A DNA stretch of 61,010 nt from Candidatus Anderseniibacteriota bacterium (GTDB lineage: Bacteria > Patescibacteriota > Andersenbacteria > UBA10190), in the NCBI GenBank assembly GCA_040900375.1, contig JBBDZC010000003.1:130586-191595 (forward strand). The letters run 5' to 3'. The number at the start of each line of letters is the position of its first letter. The first letter of the stretch is position 1. Positions 37,594 through 47,448 of the stretch are shown piece after piece. A model generated the notes under the pieces. That model was not told the DNA's origin. It saw nothing but the letters and a program-made list of their open reading frames with translations, and did no database searches. The position numbers were made by a program, and so were the translations under genes.

Positions 37594-38388
37594 TTAATTC
37601 CCCCGCTCGTGGTGGGCTTGCTGTACGATCTTCATAATCTCCACGAAATCCAGGGGGTGGGTTGAGGCACTGCCAATAAGAGCTCCATCAATACCTGGTT
37701 CTGCCATAAAAGACTGGATGTTTCCTGGTTTTACACTCCCCCCGTAGAGGATCCGCAAACGCTCCGCAGCGTCAGCGTCAAAACGCTCGGCGACTAATTT
37801 ACGGATGAGCAAAATAAGCTGGGAGATATTGGTCGGATCAGGCACCGCGGGGGGGTTGTTAGTGCTAATGGCCCAAATTGGTTCATAAGCAATCACTAGT
37901 TTTGTCAGGGCCATCCGCGTCACGCTGGCCAATAGGCCTTCGATTTGTTGAGTAATCTTCGATACGGTTTGATCGGCTTCGTACTCTGCTAAAGTTTCGC
38001 CGATACAAATAATGGGCGTGACGCCATGCTGCACTAAAAGATTAGCTTTGGCTTGAACCTGCTGATCCGTCTCCCCTGTTAGCTCCCGGCGTTCCGAATG
38101 ACCGACAATACACCAAGAAACTATGGGTTCAATTTGGGTAACTGACACTTCTCCTGTCCAGGCTCCCTTTTCCTCCCAATGCACGTTTTGCGCGCCCAAA
38201 GCAACCTTCTCACTTTGTCCGAGTGCAACCTGCACTTCTGCCAACATGGGAAAGGAAGGACAGATAACTACATCAAGCTCCACTTTGATGTTTTTGAGTA
38301 GTTTTTTCAGGGCAGTAACTGTTTCCAATGTAGCTTTATAAGAAAGCTCCATCTTCCAGTTACCAACTACCAGGGGACGGCGCGGCAT
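37594..38388 (-). CDS. tpiA: triosephosphate isomerase
   Basis: VVGNWKM, GHSERR, AYEPIWAI, LYGGSV; start at MPRRP. Confidence 0.97.
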   Translation of the reverse strand: MPRRPLVVGNWKMELSYKATLETVTALKKLLKNIKVELDVVICPSFPMLAEVQVALGQSEKVALGAQNVHWEEKGAWTGEVSVTQIEPIVSWCIVGHSERRELTGETDQQVQAKANLLVQHGVTPIICIGETLAEYEADQTVSKITQQIEGLLASVTRMALTKLVIAYEPIWAISTNNPPAVPDPTNISQLILLIRKLVAERFDADAAERLRILYGGSVKPGNIQSFMAEPGIDGALIGSASTHPLDFVEIMKIVQQAHHERGN

Positions 38389-38438
38389 AACCTTAAGCAT
38401 AGAGGAGGAGTCCGGAGGCAGCAATTGTCATTCCTTGA

Positions 38439-38562
38439 AGTCAACCCATTCGACTCCACGGTCTAAAGGCCGTGGCTTGCTCAGGGTTGACTCTAAAGCC
38501 GCGCAAGCTCCACCCTTCAGGGTGGAGCTTGCGCGAGTCGAAGAGTCAAGCTTAGGGTTGAA
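38439..38562. repeat. palindromic IS200/IS605-end-like (PATE/REP) element
   Basis: AGTCAACCC...CCACGGTC-TAAA-GGCCGTGG...GGGTTGACT plus a perfect 16-bp hairpin CGCGCAAGCTCCACCC-TTCA-GGGTGGAGCTTGCGCG. Confidence 0.6.
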
Positions 38563-38587
38563 CCTGCACATTATGCCAGGATATTTG

Positions 38588-39100
38588 TTAGATACTAAGG
38601 GACCGGAGAAAAAAATCAGCGCCCACTATTAACACCGTAACGACAAAAGCAGCAACAATAACACCGACCAAAATCGCTAAAAAAGCTTTTGGTTTAGGAA
38701 AGCCAAAGACAAACGCCGCCAAAGCCCCTGACCACGCACCGGTAACTGGCAAAGGAATTGCCACAAATAACGCCAGAGCCCAGAAGCCATACTGGTCTAC
38801 TTGCCGCTCAAGCTTGCGTCGCGTGCGGGCAAAAAGCCAGGTTAATAAGCGATCCACTTGCCTCGAGCGAGTGCGCAACCAAGCTGCCACCCGCTCAAAG
38901 AAAACCAGCAATAAATAGGCGGGGATCATATTCCCGAGGATTGATAAAGTAAAAGTCGCTAAGATCGGCAGTTTATAAATACCGATAGCCACAGGAATCG
39001 CTCCACGCAGTTCTGCTACCGGGAAGGCTGCAATAATCATTGTTGCCAGCCACGGCGGGACACCGCGGAGTGCCGCCACCAGCTCGGGGAGAATTAACAT
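38588..39100 (-). CDS. COG2426 / putative small multi-drug export family membrane protein
   Basis: PVAELRGAIP, LFVAIPLPVTGAWSG motifs. Confidence 0.85.
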   Translation of the reverse strand: MLILPELVAALRGVPPWLATMIIAAFPVAELRGAIPVAIGIYKLPILATFTLSILGNMIPAYLLLVFFERVAAWLRTRSRQVDRLLTWLFARTRRKLERQVDQYGFWALALFVAIPLPVTGAWSGALAAFVFGFPKPKAFLAILVGVIVAAFVVTVLIVGADFFLRSLSI

Positions 39101-39102
39101 CT

Positions 39103-40191
39103 CTAGATAGTACGAGCAACCTTTTGTTCGCGCAAGAAAGCTGCTGAAGTTTCCGGTAGGGTGGTGGTAATTTCTAAACCAGAACCTATTTCAAACCCAC
39201 CCCAAGCGTTAAGGCGAGGCGTAATTTGAATGTGCCACCGAAAGTGTTGAAACGTTGCCACGTTACAGACAAAGCCCGTTTCATCACATGGTGCCGAGAG
39301 GATGTAATAATTATATGGCGGATCGTGCAAGCCTGTATACAATCGCCCCAAGACTTGTTGCATAATCTCGGCTAATGATTCGCGCTCGCCCGGCCCAATA
39401 TTTTCAAAGAACGGCTCGGGACGGCGTGGCATAATCCATACCTCGAAGGGGAAACGCGAAGCGTAGGGGCAAAAAGCCGTAAAATCATCATTTTCCCACA
39501 CCAGACGCTCTCCCTGTGCTCGCTCATACTGCAACATGACCTCGTAGCCATCTTTACCCTGCTCTTGAGCATATGCCTCGGCGCCCCGCAATAAGTCTTG
39601 AATATCATCAGGCAGCACCGGGACGGTAAAAATTTGGTGATGAGGATGAGCTAGGGAGCCGCCAGCCTCCTGGCCATGGTTGTTAATAATCTGAATGTAG
39701 TTAACCGAGGATTTAGTTTTCAGTTGGCGGTACCGCAAGACCAGAGCCTCTAGTTCTAAGGCAAGCTCTTGCTGGGTCATTAGGGGTTCAATTTGGTTGT
39801 GCCAGCGTGTCGCTAATAGCTCGTGGTACCCCACTGATTCCATCGCGCGATAAGGTCCTCTACTCCACGAGCGTATGTCGTCCTGCGGCACAAAGGCCGG
39901 GTACTTATTACGAAAGACGTGCACGGCCCACGTATCTGGATCATCGGGCAGGCGCAGGATATCCGGCTCTTGAGGAAAATCAGCCAAGTTACAAAAAGGG
40001 CACTGCTCCTGGTATTTAGGTAGGCGCCGCGGTTTGGTTCGCTCGCGACTAAAATCATCTGGCCGCCGCGAGCGGCCAATAGCGACCACTACCCACTTGC
40101 CAGTAATCATATCCTGGCGCAACTCCCCTTTTTCTTCCGGGTTGCTAGGTAAGATCTTAATCTCCGGACGCTTGTGTGGTGTCCGCCTCAT
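39103..40191 (-). CDS. galT: galactose-1-phosphate uridylyltransferase family
   Basis: ELRQD...WVVVA..RSRRP, CPFC, NKYPA, GGSLAHPHHQI (HxHxQ), HWHIQI-like C-terminus. Confidence 0.88.
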   Translation of the reverse strand: MRRTPHKRPEIKILPSNPEEKGELRQDMITGKWVVVAIGRSRRPDDFSRERTKPRRLPKYQEQCPFCNLADFPQEPDILRLPDDPDTWAVHVFRNKYPAFVPQDDIRSWSRGPYRAMESVGYHELLATRWHNQIEPLMTQQELALELEALVLRYRQLKTKSSVNYIQIINNHGQEAGGSLAHPHHQIFTVPVLPDDIQDLLRGAEAYAQEQGKDGYEVMLQYERAQGERLVWENDDFTAFCPYASRFPFEVWIMPRRPEPFFENIGPGERESLAEIMQQVLGRLYTGLHDPPYNYYILSAPCDETGFVCNVATFQHFRWHIQITPRLNAWGGFEIGSGLEITTTLPETSAAFLREQKVARTI

Positions 40192-40955
40192 GATCGCCTG
40201 TTAACTTTTTCTGGCGCGGCATACACTCCACGCCAAATATTCAAGCGCACCTGCACAACTTCTTTGAGAACATCGAAATAAGCCTTGGTCGAAACCTTGC
40301 TATCAGGATCATTAACCCAATGAATGGGCCGCTCCGCAATTTTATAACCCAGGCGCCGCGCGACTGCTAACGCCTCCACATCAAAACCCCAACGATCAAT
40401 AGTCAACTGCGGAAAAACCGCTTCCGCCACCTGGCCGCGAAAGAGCTTAAAGCCAGCTTGAGTATCCTTAATACCCCTCACTGCCCAGAACTGAATCCAG
40501 ACATTCCCTAAATCCCCAAGCTTTTCCTTCCACCACGGCTGGTGAACAGCAATCCGGGCACCCGCCACATCGCGCGAACCGATGACGACATCAAACCCCA
40601 TGTCAAAAAACGGCAGCATCTGCTCGACATGATTGATCGTGGTAGAATTATCGGCATCCATAAATACTCGGTACTTACCCTTCACATGGGTCATACCATA
40701 ACGCACAGCGTAACCCTTACCTCGGTTAGCGCCGTATTGTAGCAGGCGCACGTGCGAATCAACGATTGCTGCCTCCCGTACAACATCAGCGGTGCGATCC
40801 CGCGAACCATCATCAACAACCACTATCTCCCAAGTATAGACCTGTTGTTTAAGATACGATACGACCGCCTTGAGTGTCTGGGGTAACCGTTTCTCCTCGT
40901 TGTACGCCGGAACGATAACAGATAAAAAAACACTGGTGTCGTTTTCGTGCGACAT
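40188..40955 (-). CDS. GT2 dolichyl/polyprenyl-phosphate glycosyltransferase (ALG5-like)
   Basis: SVIVPAYNEEKRL, VVDDGSRD, NRGKGYAV, FMDAD, DTQAGFKLF, WGFDVE. Confidence 0.92.
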   Translation of the reverse strand: MSHENDTSVFLSVIVPAYNEEKRLPQTLKAVVSYLKQQVYTWEIVVVDDGSRDRTADVVREAAIVDSHVRLLQYGANRGKGYAVRYGMTHVKGKYRVFMDADNSTTINHVEQMLPFFDMGFDVVIGSRDVAGARIAVHQPWWKEKLGDLGNVWIQFWAVRGIKDTQAGFKLFRGQVAEAVFPQLTIDRWGFDVEALAVARRLGYKIAERPIHWVNDPDSKVSTKAYFDVLKEVVQVRLNIWRGVYAAPEKVNRRS

Positions 40956-41027
40956 GTCGATAGTATACATTACTTTAGCATCGGATACTTAAAAATGTCC
41001 GGGTTCAGCAGCGTGGGCTTGAGACAA

Positions 41028-41423
41028 TCACCGCTTCAGTGCAAGGTAATCCGCGAGCATAATGCGTGCCGCTTCGGCATGCGCTGCCTCGCGACTACCA
41101 CCCTCCGCTCGCACCTGCTGCTCGGCCGCATAACTCGTCAGCGTTTCATCTACCTCTTCAATCGGTATGGTCGGCACTTGGCGCCGCACGTAGTCAATAA
41201 AATTACGCGTAACCCTAGTTTGGGCGCTCTCGCTACCTGACAAACTGATCGGCACACCCACCAAAATGCGGGAAATTTTATCGTGCTCAATAATCTCCTT
41301 GAGTACTGCCGCAAATTCTCTCTTTTTCTGATCAACGGTGCTATAGCGCAGAGCAATACGCTCGTCAGGATCGGTCATGGCAACACCAATGTAGCGAGTG
41401 CCATAGTCAAGACAGAGAATCAT
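41028..41423 (-). CDS. ruvX: YqgF/RuvX pre-16S rRNA nuclease / Holliday junction resolvase-like
   Basis: LCLDYGTRYIGVA, VGVP, VDETLTS, AARIML. Confidence 0.9.
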   Translation of the reverse strand: MILCLDYGTRYIGVAMTDPDERIALRYSTVDQKKREFAAVLKEIIEHDKISRILVGVPISLSGSESAQTRVTRNFIDYVRRQVPTIPIEEVDETLTSYAAEQQVRAEGGSREAAHAEAARIMLADYLALKR

Positions 41424-41474
41424 ATAATCATATATAGGTAGTAATTAGCCCATTCCTCGCCCCTTATAATAAGC

Positions 41475-42248
41475 TTACCCAACGGCAGAACTGATAGTCA
41501 GGATGCGAGGCCCCTCTGGCGTCACTGCCACTGTGTGCTCTTCATGAGCCGCCAGGTGGCCATTTTGCGTAATCACCGTCCAACCGTCGCGCCCGGTTGT
41601 CACCATGGGATCTTCTGTAGTAACCATCGGCTCAATGGCAATGACTAGGCCTGCCTGGAGCTTAAGGCCAGTGCCCGGCTTGCCGAAATTGGGCACGGCC
41701 GGCTCTTCATGGACAGCGTAGCCCACTCCATGGCCCACTAACTGCCGGACGACAGAAAACCCTTGGCCCTCCACCTGGCGCTGAATCGTGGCTCCAATAT
41801 CACCGATAGTGTTGCCAACTGTCGCCTGGCTAATACCTGCCGCGAGAGCAGACGAAGTGACATGTAGCAAAGTTGCTGCCGCGGAAGAAATAGTACCCAC
41901 GCCCACAGTGTGCGCGCTGTCGAGATAGAGACCCTGATATACAATTCCTAAATCCAATCCTACAATGTCTCCCTGGCTGATCTCCTCATCATTGGGTAAG
42001 CCGTGAACCACAGCATTATTAACGGACACGCATAAAGCAGCGGGAAATGGTTTATGACCTCGTGGTGCATAATTTAAAAAAGCCGCGGTGACTCCATGCT
42101 GGCTAATAAGTTCGCGCGCCCGGGCATCAAGCACTCGACCGGTCACACCAGCAACCGTCTCACTCGCCAGCTCATCCAGAATCCGAGCTAGGATTGCGCC
42201 CCCCGCGGCTAGACGCTCAATCTCCTGGGGTGTTTTCAAGCGGACCAT
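41475..42248 (-). CDS. map: methionine aminopeptidase type I
   Basis: CVSVNNAVVHGLP, DSA, GHGVG, HEEP, AIEPM, AHEEHT. Confidence 0.97.
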   Translation of the reverse strand: MVRLKTPQEIERLAAGGAILARILDELASETVAGVTGRVLDARARELISQHGVTAAFLNYAPRGHKPFPAALCVSVNNAVVHGLPNDEEISQGDIVGLDLGIVYQGLYLDSAHTVGVGTISSAAATLLHVTSSALAAGISQATVGNTIGDIGATIQRQVEGQGFSVVRQLVGHGVGYAVHEEPAVPNFGKPGTGLKLQAGLVIAIEPMVTTEDPMVTTGRDGWTVITQNGHLAAHEEHTVAVTPEGPRILTISSAVG

Positions 42249-42920
42249 TTAAACTCCTTGTTGCCGTGACGTAATGATCGTCATGATATCGTCGTGCACG
42301 GCCTCAATCGACTTAAACCCATCAAGTTCATGGAGAATGCCTTCCCGTTTGTACTGCTCAATCACTGGCAAAGTTCGGTCTTGGAATTGTTGCCACCGCG
42401 CCGCAAATTTCTCGGGTTCATCATCCGGGCGCACACCGATGTGACCTCCCCGCTCCCGGCAGCGCTGCTGATCGGCTTCCGTCACGATGGGAAAATCACC
42501 GGCAATTCCCAAACAAAATTTGCGCTTGGCGTTGCGGCGCATCATTTCTTCTTTGTCCACCGTGAGCCACAAGACAAGTGGCTTACCATATCCATGCTCC
42601 GCAAAAAACGCATCAACCACCGCCGCCTCCTCACGCGTTCGAGGCGTGCCGTCAAACACGAGCCCTTGACCGCCAGCCACGAATTCTTTGATGGCTGCAA
42701 TTACAATTTCCGCCGCCAGGGCCGGCGGGGCAAGGTAACCATTATCAATCAAGGCCTTAATTTTCTGCCCGAGCTCAGTATTCCGGCGGGCGACACTTCG
42801 GAAAGCATCACCCGTACTAAAACGATGATAAGAAATCTTCCGCGCCAACATTTCGGCCTGGGTTCCCTTGCCGGCTCCCGGCGGCCCCATGACATAAATG
42901 ACTTTCGGTAAAGCTGGCAC
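42249..42920 (-). CDS. adk: adenylate kinase
   Basis: GPPGAGKGTQA, STGDAFR, FDGTPR, RPDD; lies between secY and map. Confidence 0.93.
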   Translation of the reverse strand: MPALPKVIYVMGPPGAGKGTQAEMLARKISYHRFSTGDAFRSVARRNTELGQKIKALIDNGYLAPPALAAEIVIAAIKEFVAGGQGLVFDGTPRTREEAAVVDAFFAEHGYGKPLVLWLTVDKEEMMRRNAKRKFCLGIAGDFPIVTEADQQRCRERGGHIGVRPDDEPEKFAARWQQFQDRTLPVIEQYKREGILHELDGFKSIEAVHDDIMTIITSRQQGV

Positions 42921-42931
42921 AGCCGGTCACT

Positions 42932-44227
42932 CTAGGCAAGCCCCTCGTATTCCCGCACCGTCAATTGCGACTCAATCTGCTTCATTGTCTCTAGCACCAC
43001 CGAAACCACAATGAGCAGTGCTGTCCCCCCAATCGTGAGAGTTTGCAACCCTGTTAATCCTTGCACAATGAGAGGTAAGACCGCAATCAAACCCAAAAAG
43101 AGGGCCCCGGTAAGCGTGATGCGATTAATAACATACTTAAGAAAGTTGGCCGTTTGTTTGCCTGGTCGAATACCAGGGATAAATCCGCCCTGCTTCTGAA
43201 TATTTTCCGCAATATTATAAGGATCAAATGTAACCGAGGTGTAGAAGTAGGTAAATAAAACTACTAAGACAAAATAGGTAATACCATAAAACCACTGGTC
43301 CTGGAATAAATTCACAATACTCCCCGCCACCCGCGCCACCGTAGCGTTTTGCACTCCCACTAAAAAATTAGCGATCACCCCGGGAAATAGCATAATCGAG
43401 AGCGCAAAGATAATAGGAATAACACCGGCTTGATTTACCCGCAGCGGCAGGTGTGTCGCTACACCCCCAAAAATGCGGTTACCGCGGACCCGTTTAGCAT
43501 AGCTGACTGGAATTGATCGCTGTCCCTCGGTCACAACAATTACTCCCGCAATGACCACTACAAAAACTACCAGAAACGCAAGATAGGTAACGAGTAAATC
43601 AGGCGTGAAGGTAGCATATGTCTGGGCTAAAACTTGCGGCAGTCGGGCGATAATCCCGACAAAAATAATGAGGGAGATGCCGTTACCGATGCCCTGTTCA
43701 GTGATTAGTTCTCCTAACCACATAAGAAAAATGGTACCGCACGTCACCGTCACTAGTGTGACAATGAGTTCCCAAGGCGTAAAAGCAATACCGGCTACCC
43801 CCTGGGCTAAACCTCCTCGTTGCAATAAATTAATGAAGCCAAATGCCTGTAGGGCGGCCAGCGGCACTGTCAGAATGCGCGTCCATTGATTAATCTTTTG
43901 TCGTCCGGCTTCGCCCTCTTCCTTCTGTAGTTCTTCCAGCCGCGGCACAATCATGGTCAGGAGCTGCATGACAATTGAAGCGGTAATATAAGGCCCGACG
44001 CCGAGCATCATAATCGAGAGATTCGAGAGGCCACCGCCCGAGAAAATATCCAGCAAGCCAAAAAGCTGATTACCCCTAAACAAGTTTTCTAAGCTTTCGG
44101 TAGGAATTCCCGGTACCGGAATGACCGCTGCCACCCGGAAAACAATGAGAAGCGCAAAAACAACCAAGAATTTCTTGCGTAGCTCTGGCACTCGGAAAGC
44201 ACTAAGAATTTTTTTCCAATCAATCAT
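42932..44227 (-). CDS. secY: preprotein translocase subunit SecY
   Basis: LGVGPYITASIVMQLL, GIGNGISLIIF, NQAGVIPIIFA, IPGIRPG. Confidence 0.99.
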   Translation of the reverse strand: MIDWKKILSAFRVPELRKKFLVVFALLIVFRVAAVIPVPGIPTESLENLFRGNQLFGLLDIFSGGGLSNLSIMMLGVGPYITASIVMQLLTMIVPRLEELQKEEGEAGRQKINQWTRILTVPLAALQAFGFINLLQRGGLAQGVAGIAFTPWELIVTLVTVTCGTIFLMWLGELITEQGIGNGISLIIFVGIIARLPQVLAQTYATFTPDLLVTYLAFLVVFVVVIAGVIVVTEGQRSIPVSYAKRVRGNRIFGGVATHLPLRVNQAGVIPIIFALSIMLFPGVIANFLVGVQNATVARVAGSIVNLFQDQWFYGITYFVLVVLFTYFYTSVTFDPYNIAENIQKQGGFIPGIRPGKQTANFLKYVINRITLTGALFLGLIAVLPLIVQGLTGLQTLTIGGTALLIVVSVVLETMKQIESQLTVREYEGLA

Positions 44228-44333
44228 ACGCCATCAATGCTAATTCTCCCGCTGACTATGTTATAGACTTACAATATCGCAATTGGCAAACAAGAAACAA
44301 GAGAAACACCTCACTGACGAGCCTCGCTTAATT

Positions 44334-44783
44334 TTAAGCCCGCGGGATAATCTCCACTTTACCTCCCGCTGTGCGTACCTGTTTTTCCGCTTGAGGTGTT
44401 GCTGCATGCACCCGCACGGTCAGCTGCTTTGGCAGAGAACCAATGCCAATCAATTTGACCGGGTAAAAACGCTGCCGCAATAAACCAGCCTGCCACAGCT
44501 GACCTGGTCCCACAATACTCTTAGCGGCAAAGCGGTTAAGATCGCGCACTGTAATAACTTGTGGCTTAATTACCTGCGAACGAAACTTTTGTTTGCTGCC
44601 CCGCCCTTTTGGCAAACGCATATAGAGCGGTGTCTGTCCGCCCTCAAAACCGGCTTTCGTATGAGCGCCGGCGCGTGATTTTTGTCCCTTTTGCCCGCGT
44701 CCCGATTTGGCGCCCCGACTACCAATGCCCCGGCCCACACGTTTTCGCCGGCGAACTATTTTAGCTAACTTGTGAAGCGGCAT
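44334..44783 (-). CDS. rplO: 50S ribosomal protein uL15
   Basis: RVGRGIGS, GRGQKGQKSR, FEGGQTPLYMRLPK. Confidence 0.97.
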   Translation of the reverse strand: MPLHKLAKIVRRRKRVGRGIGSRGAKSGRGQKGQKSRAGAHTKAGFEGGQTPLYMRLPKGRGSKQKFRSQVIKPQVITVRDLNRFAAKSIVGPGQLWQAGLLRQRFYPVKLIGIGSLPKQLTVRVHAATPQAEKQVRTAGGKVEIIPRA

Positions 44784-44791
44784 ATTTTTCC

Positions 44792-45298
44792 CTAGACAAC
44801 AATTATATTACCAAGTGCCTTAATCGTGGCCCGGGCATTGTTAGCCCGATTACTAGAACCAAAAGTCTTGGACACCAAGTTTTTGATGCCGGCTAAATCA
44901 GCCACGGTGCGGACGGTGCCGCCCGCAATGATTCCCGTCCCCGGCTTAGCTGGTTTGAGGAGAACAACTGCGCCATTAAATTTAGCCTTAACGATATGGG
45001 GAATACTTTCTTCCTTGAGTGTCACCCGTACCATGTTCTTACTGGCATGGTCTTGCGCTTTCTGAATCGCTTGCTGAACATCGCGACTTTTACCAATCCC
45101 AAAGCCCACGCTCCCAGCGCGATCACCCACAATAACGCTCGCTCGAAAACGGAAGCGACGACCACCCTTGACCACGCGCACAACACGCGCGACGTCCAGT
45201 ACTTCATGATCGTACTGGCGCTGTTCCCCGCCTAGGGCAAAGGTATGACGACGGCCCCGCGGCGAAGACCTGCTTGATGATGGTGTAGGGGGTGACAT
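44792..45298 (-). CDS. rpsE: 30S ribosomal protein uS5
   Basis: RVVKGGRRFRF, PGTGIIAGG. Confidence 0.97.
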   Translation of the reverse strand: MSPPTPSSSRSSPRGRRHTFALGGEQRQYDHEVLDVARVVRVVKGGRRFRFRASVIVGDRAGSVGFGIGKSRDVQQAIQKAQDHASKNMVRVTLKEESIPHIVKAKFNGAVVLLKPAKPGTGIIAGGTVRTVADLAGIKNLVSKTFGSSNRANNARATIKALGNIIVV

Positions 45299-45304
45299 AG
45301 TGCT

Positions 45305-45640
45305 CTAAAAATTTAAGCCGCCTGCGCGTAAACTCTCGGCCACGGCCTTAACTCGACCATGATACTTGTACCCCGAGCGATCAAAAACCACGCGAGTTAT
45401 GCCCTTGGCTTGAGCTAGTTTGGCCGCCTCTCTGCCAAGGCGTTCTGCTTGATCCACTTTTGTTTTTTTCCCTGACGCCTTATGGGTAACGTGCAAGAGC
45501 GTGCGCGCTGATTGATCGTCAATAAATTGCAGGGTGAGACTGCCTGCACTGCGAAAGACACTCACGCGGGGACGAGCAGCTGTCCCCTGAATTCGGGAGC
45601 GGAGACGCCGGTGACGTTGTGAACGACGAAGAGGATCCAT
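45305..45640 (-). CDS. rplR: 50S ribosomal protein uL18
   Basis: RPRVSVFRS, VFDRSGYKYHGRVKA. Confidence 0.96.
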   Translation of the reverse strand: MDPLRRSQRHRRLRSRIQGTAARPRVSVFRSAGSLTLQFIDDQSARTLLHVTHKASGKKTKVDQAERLGREAAKLAQAKGITRVVFDRSGYKYHGRVKAVAESLRAGGLNF

Positions 45641-45649
45641 AGCTGGTAA

Positions 45650-46192
45650 TTAAGTAGTTGTTCCCACCACTTTACCAACCTTGCGGCGAACTTGTTCACC
45701 CACGTACCGCACTCCTTTACCTTTATAAGGCTCGGGCGGGCGAACTTTGCGAATATCGGCTGCCACCTGGCCCACCATAACCTTATCTGCACCAGCAATA
45801 GTAATAATTTCTTTGTCTACCGTAAACTGGATACCCGCCGGCGCTTTAATCTTGACTGGATGAGAAAAGCCAAGCGAGAGTTCCAGATCCTGGCCCTTTA
45901 GGTTAGCGCGATAACCAACGCCTTGGAGCTCAAGCTGCTTACTAAATCCCGTGGCCACACCCTCTACCATATTAGCGATACGAGCCCGGGTCGTGCCCCA
46001 CAAAGCACTGGCCTGTTTAGTTTTCTTCTTAACCTCACATTGCACCACCCCATCAGTCACTAGTACGGCCATATGGGGATGCAAGATAAACTTCAATGTC
46101 TCTGTTTTACCTTTAACCGTAACAAAACGACCCGCCACCTCAACAGTGACACCGGCGGGAAGAGTAATAGGTTGTTTACCAATACGCGACAT
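45650..46192 (-). CDS. rplF: 50S ribosomal protein uL6
   Basis: MSRIGKQPI, GVGYRA, RPPEPYKGKG. Confidence 0.98.
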   Translation of the reverse strand: MSRIGKQPITLPAGVTVEVAGRFVTVKGKTETLKFILHPHMAVLVTDGVVQCEVKKKTKQASALWGTTRARIANMVEGVATGFSKQLELQGVGYRANLKGQDLELSLGFSHPVKIKAPAGIQFTVDKEIITIAGADKVMVGQVAADIRKVRPPEPYKGKGVRYVGEQVRRKVGKVVGTTT

Positions 46193-46216
46193 ATAGATGA
46201 GAGATCATACTGAAAA

Positions 46217-46603
46217 CTACCAAATTTCGCAAACGAGTTCTCCGCCAACGCCCTCTTTGCGGGCTCGGCCGTCATCCATTAATCCCTTGGAGGTAGAAAC
46301 AACTACGACGCCTAAGCCATCGAGCGAGTAAGGAATATCGCCCGCTGAGACATACAGGCGCTGTCCTGGTCGGCTTAACCGCTTTAACCCATGGATCCGG
46401 GCTTTCCCTGCCTCCGTATAAGCTAACGTGAGTATGAGCTGAGAGCGTGCGCCTTCTTGCACCCGCAGCGAAGCAAGTAATCCTTTTTCCTGCAATAGAC
46501 GAGCGAGGCTTTCCTTGAAACGAGAGTAGGGTACCGCCACGCGTTTTTTATTAACGCGTTGCGCATTGATGATAGTCTGGAGCATGTTAGCAATAGTATC
46601 CAT
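46217..46603 (-). CDS. rpsH: 30S ribosomal protein uS8
   Basis: DTIANML, SRPGQRLY, STSKGLM, GGELVCEIW. Confidence 0.97.
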   Translation of the reverse strand: MDTIANMLQTIINAQRVNKKRVAVPYSRFKESLARLLQEKGLLASLRVQEGARSQLILTLAYTEAGKARIHGLKRLSRPGQRLYVSAGDIPYSLDGLGVVVVSTSKGLMDDGRARKEGVGGELVCEIW

Positions 46604-46612
46604 AGAGTGGTC

Positions 46613-46798
46613 TTACCAAGAAGATTTACGAATGCCCGGAATAAAACCCTTTTCCGCATTTTCCCGGAAACAAATGCGGCAGAGACCAAAGTCTCGCATG
46701 TAGCCGCGCTTACGTCCACACAGAGAGCAGCGCCGAACAATCCGGGTCGTAAATTTCGGTTTCTTTCTGCTTTTAGCTTTTTGTGCTTCAGTCGCCAT
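46613..46798 (-). CDS. rpsN: 30S ribosomal protein uS14 (zinc-binding type Z)
   Basis: RCSLCGR...LCRICFRE...GIRKSSW; start at MATEAQ. Confidence 0.97.
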   Translation of the reverse strand: MATEAQKAKSRKKPKFTTRIVRRCSLCGRKRGYMRDFGLCRICFRENAEKGFIPGIRKSSW

Positions 46799-46811
46799 GA
46801 GTATAAGTAAT

Positions 46812-47444
46812 TTATGATTGAGTAGGAATCTCTTTTTCTTGTAGCTTGTGCTTGGCCTCCTCGCGCGCACGCCGTGTTCGCGCGGTATCGAGGGTAACTT
46901 CCGCCGCATCATCCGCTTCGCGCGTTAAAGGAAAACCCAGGACGCGAAACAGTTGCTCACCGATTTCATCCGTCACAGCCGTTGTGACAAAGGTGACCTG
47001 CAGACCAAAAATAACATCAGTTTTTTCGGGCTGAATTTCGGGAAACGGCAATTGCTCGGCAACGCCAACACTTAAATTTCCTTGGCCGTCTAAACTCTTA
47101 AGTGGAATGCCTCGGAAATCACGGACGCGGGGTAAGGTTATATCCACAAAACGACGCACAAAATCTTCCATTCGTCGCCCCCGTAGAGTTACCCGATAGC
47201 CCACTAAATTCCCCTGCCGAACGTTAAAACCAGACACTGCTTTACGGGCGCGGCGCTCATGCGGCTTTTGCCCCGTAATCGCCGCGAGATCATGCTGCAC
47301 TGCTTTCAGTAGGGCACTATTATCACGCTGCTTACCGACCCCAACATTAACTACTACCCGAACAATCCGCGGTACCGCATGAATATTAGTCAGTCCCATT
47401 TGCTGCTGCAAGGCTTGGTATTCTTTAGTAAATCGTGAGGCCAT
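46812..47444 (-). CDS. rplE: 50S ribosomal protein uL5 (C-terminal extension)
   Basis: ITGQKP, VTLRG, LPRVRDFRG, DGQGN; start at MASRF. Confidence 0.97.
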   Translation of the reverse strand: MASRFTKEYQALQQQMGLTNIHAVPRIVRVVVNVGVGKQRDNSALLKAVQHDLAAITGQKPHERRARKAVSGFNVRQGNLVGYRVTLRGRRMEDFVRRFVDITLPRVRDFRGIPLKSLDGQGNLSVGVAEQLPFPEIQPEKTDVIFGLQVTFVTTAVTDEIGEQLFRVLGFPLTREADDAAEVTLDTARTRRAREEAKHKLQEKEIPTQS

Positions 47445-47448
47445 ATAG

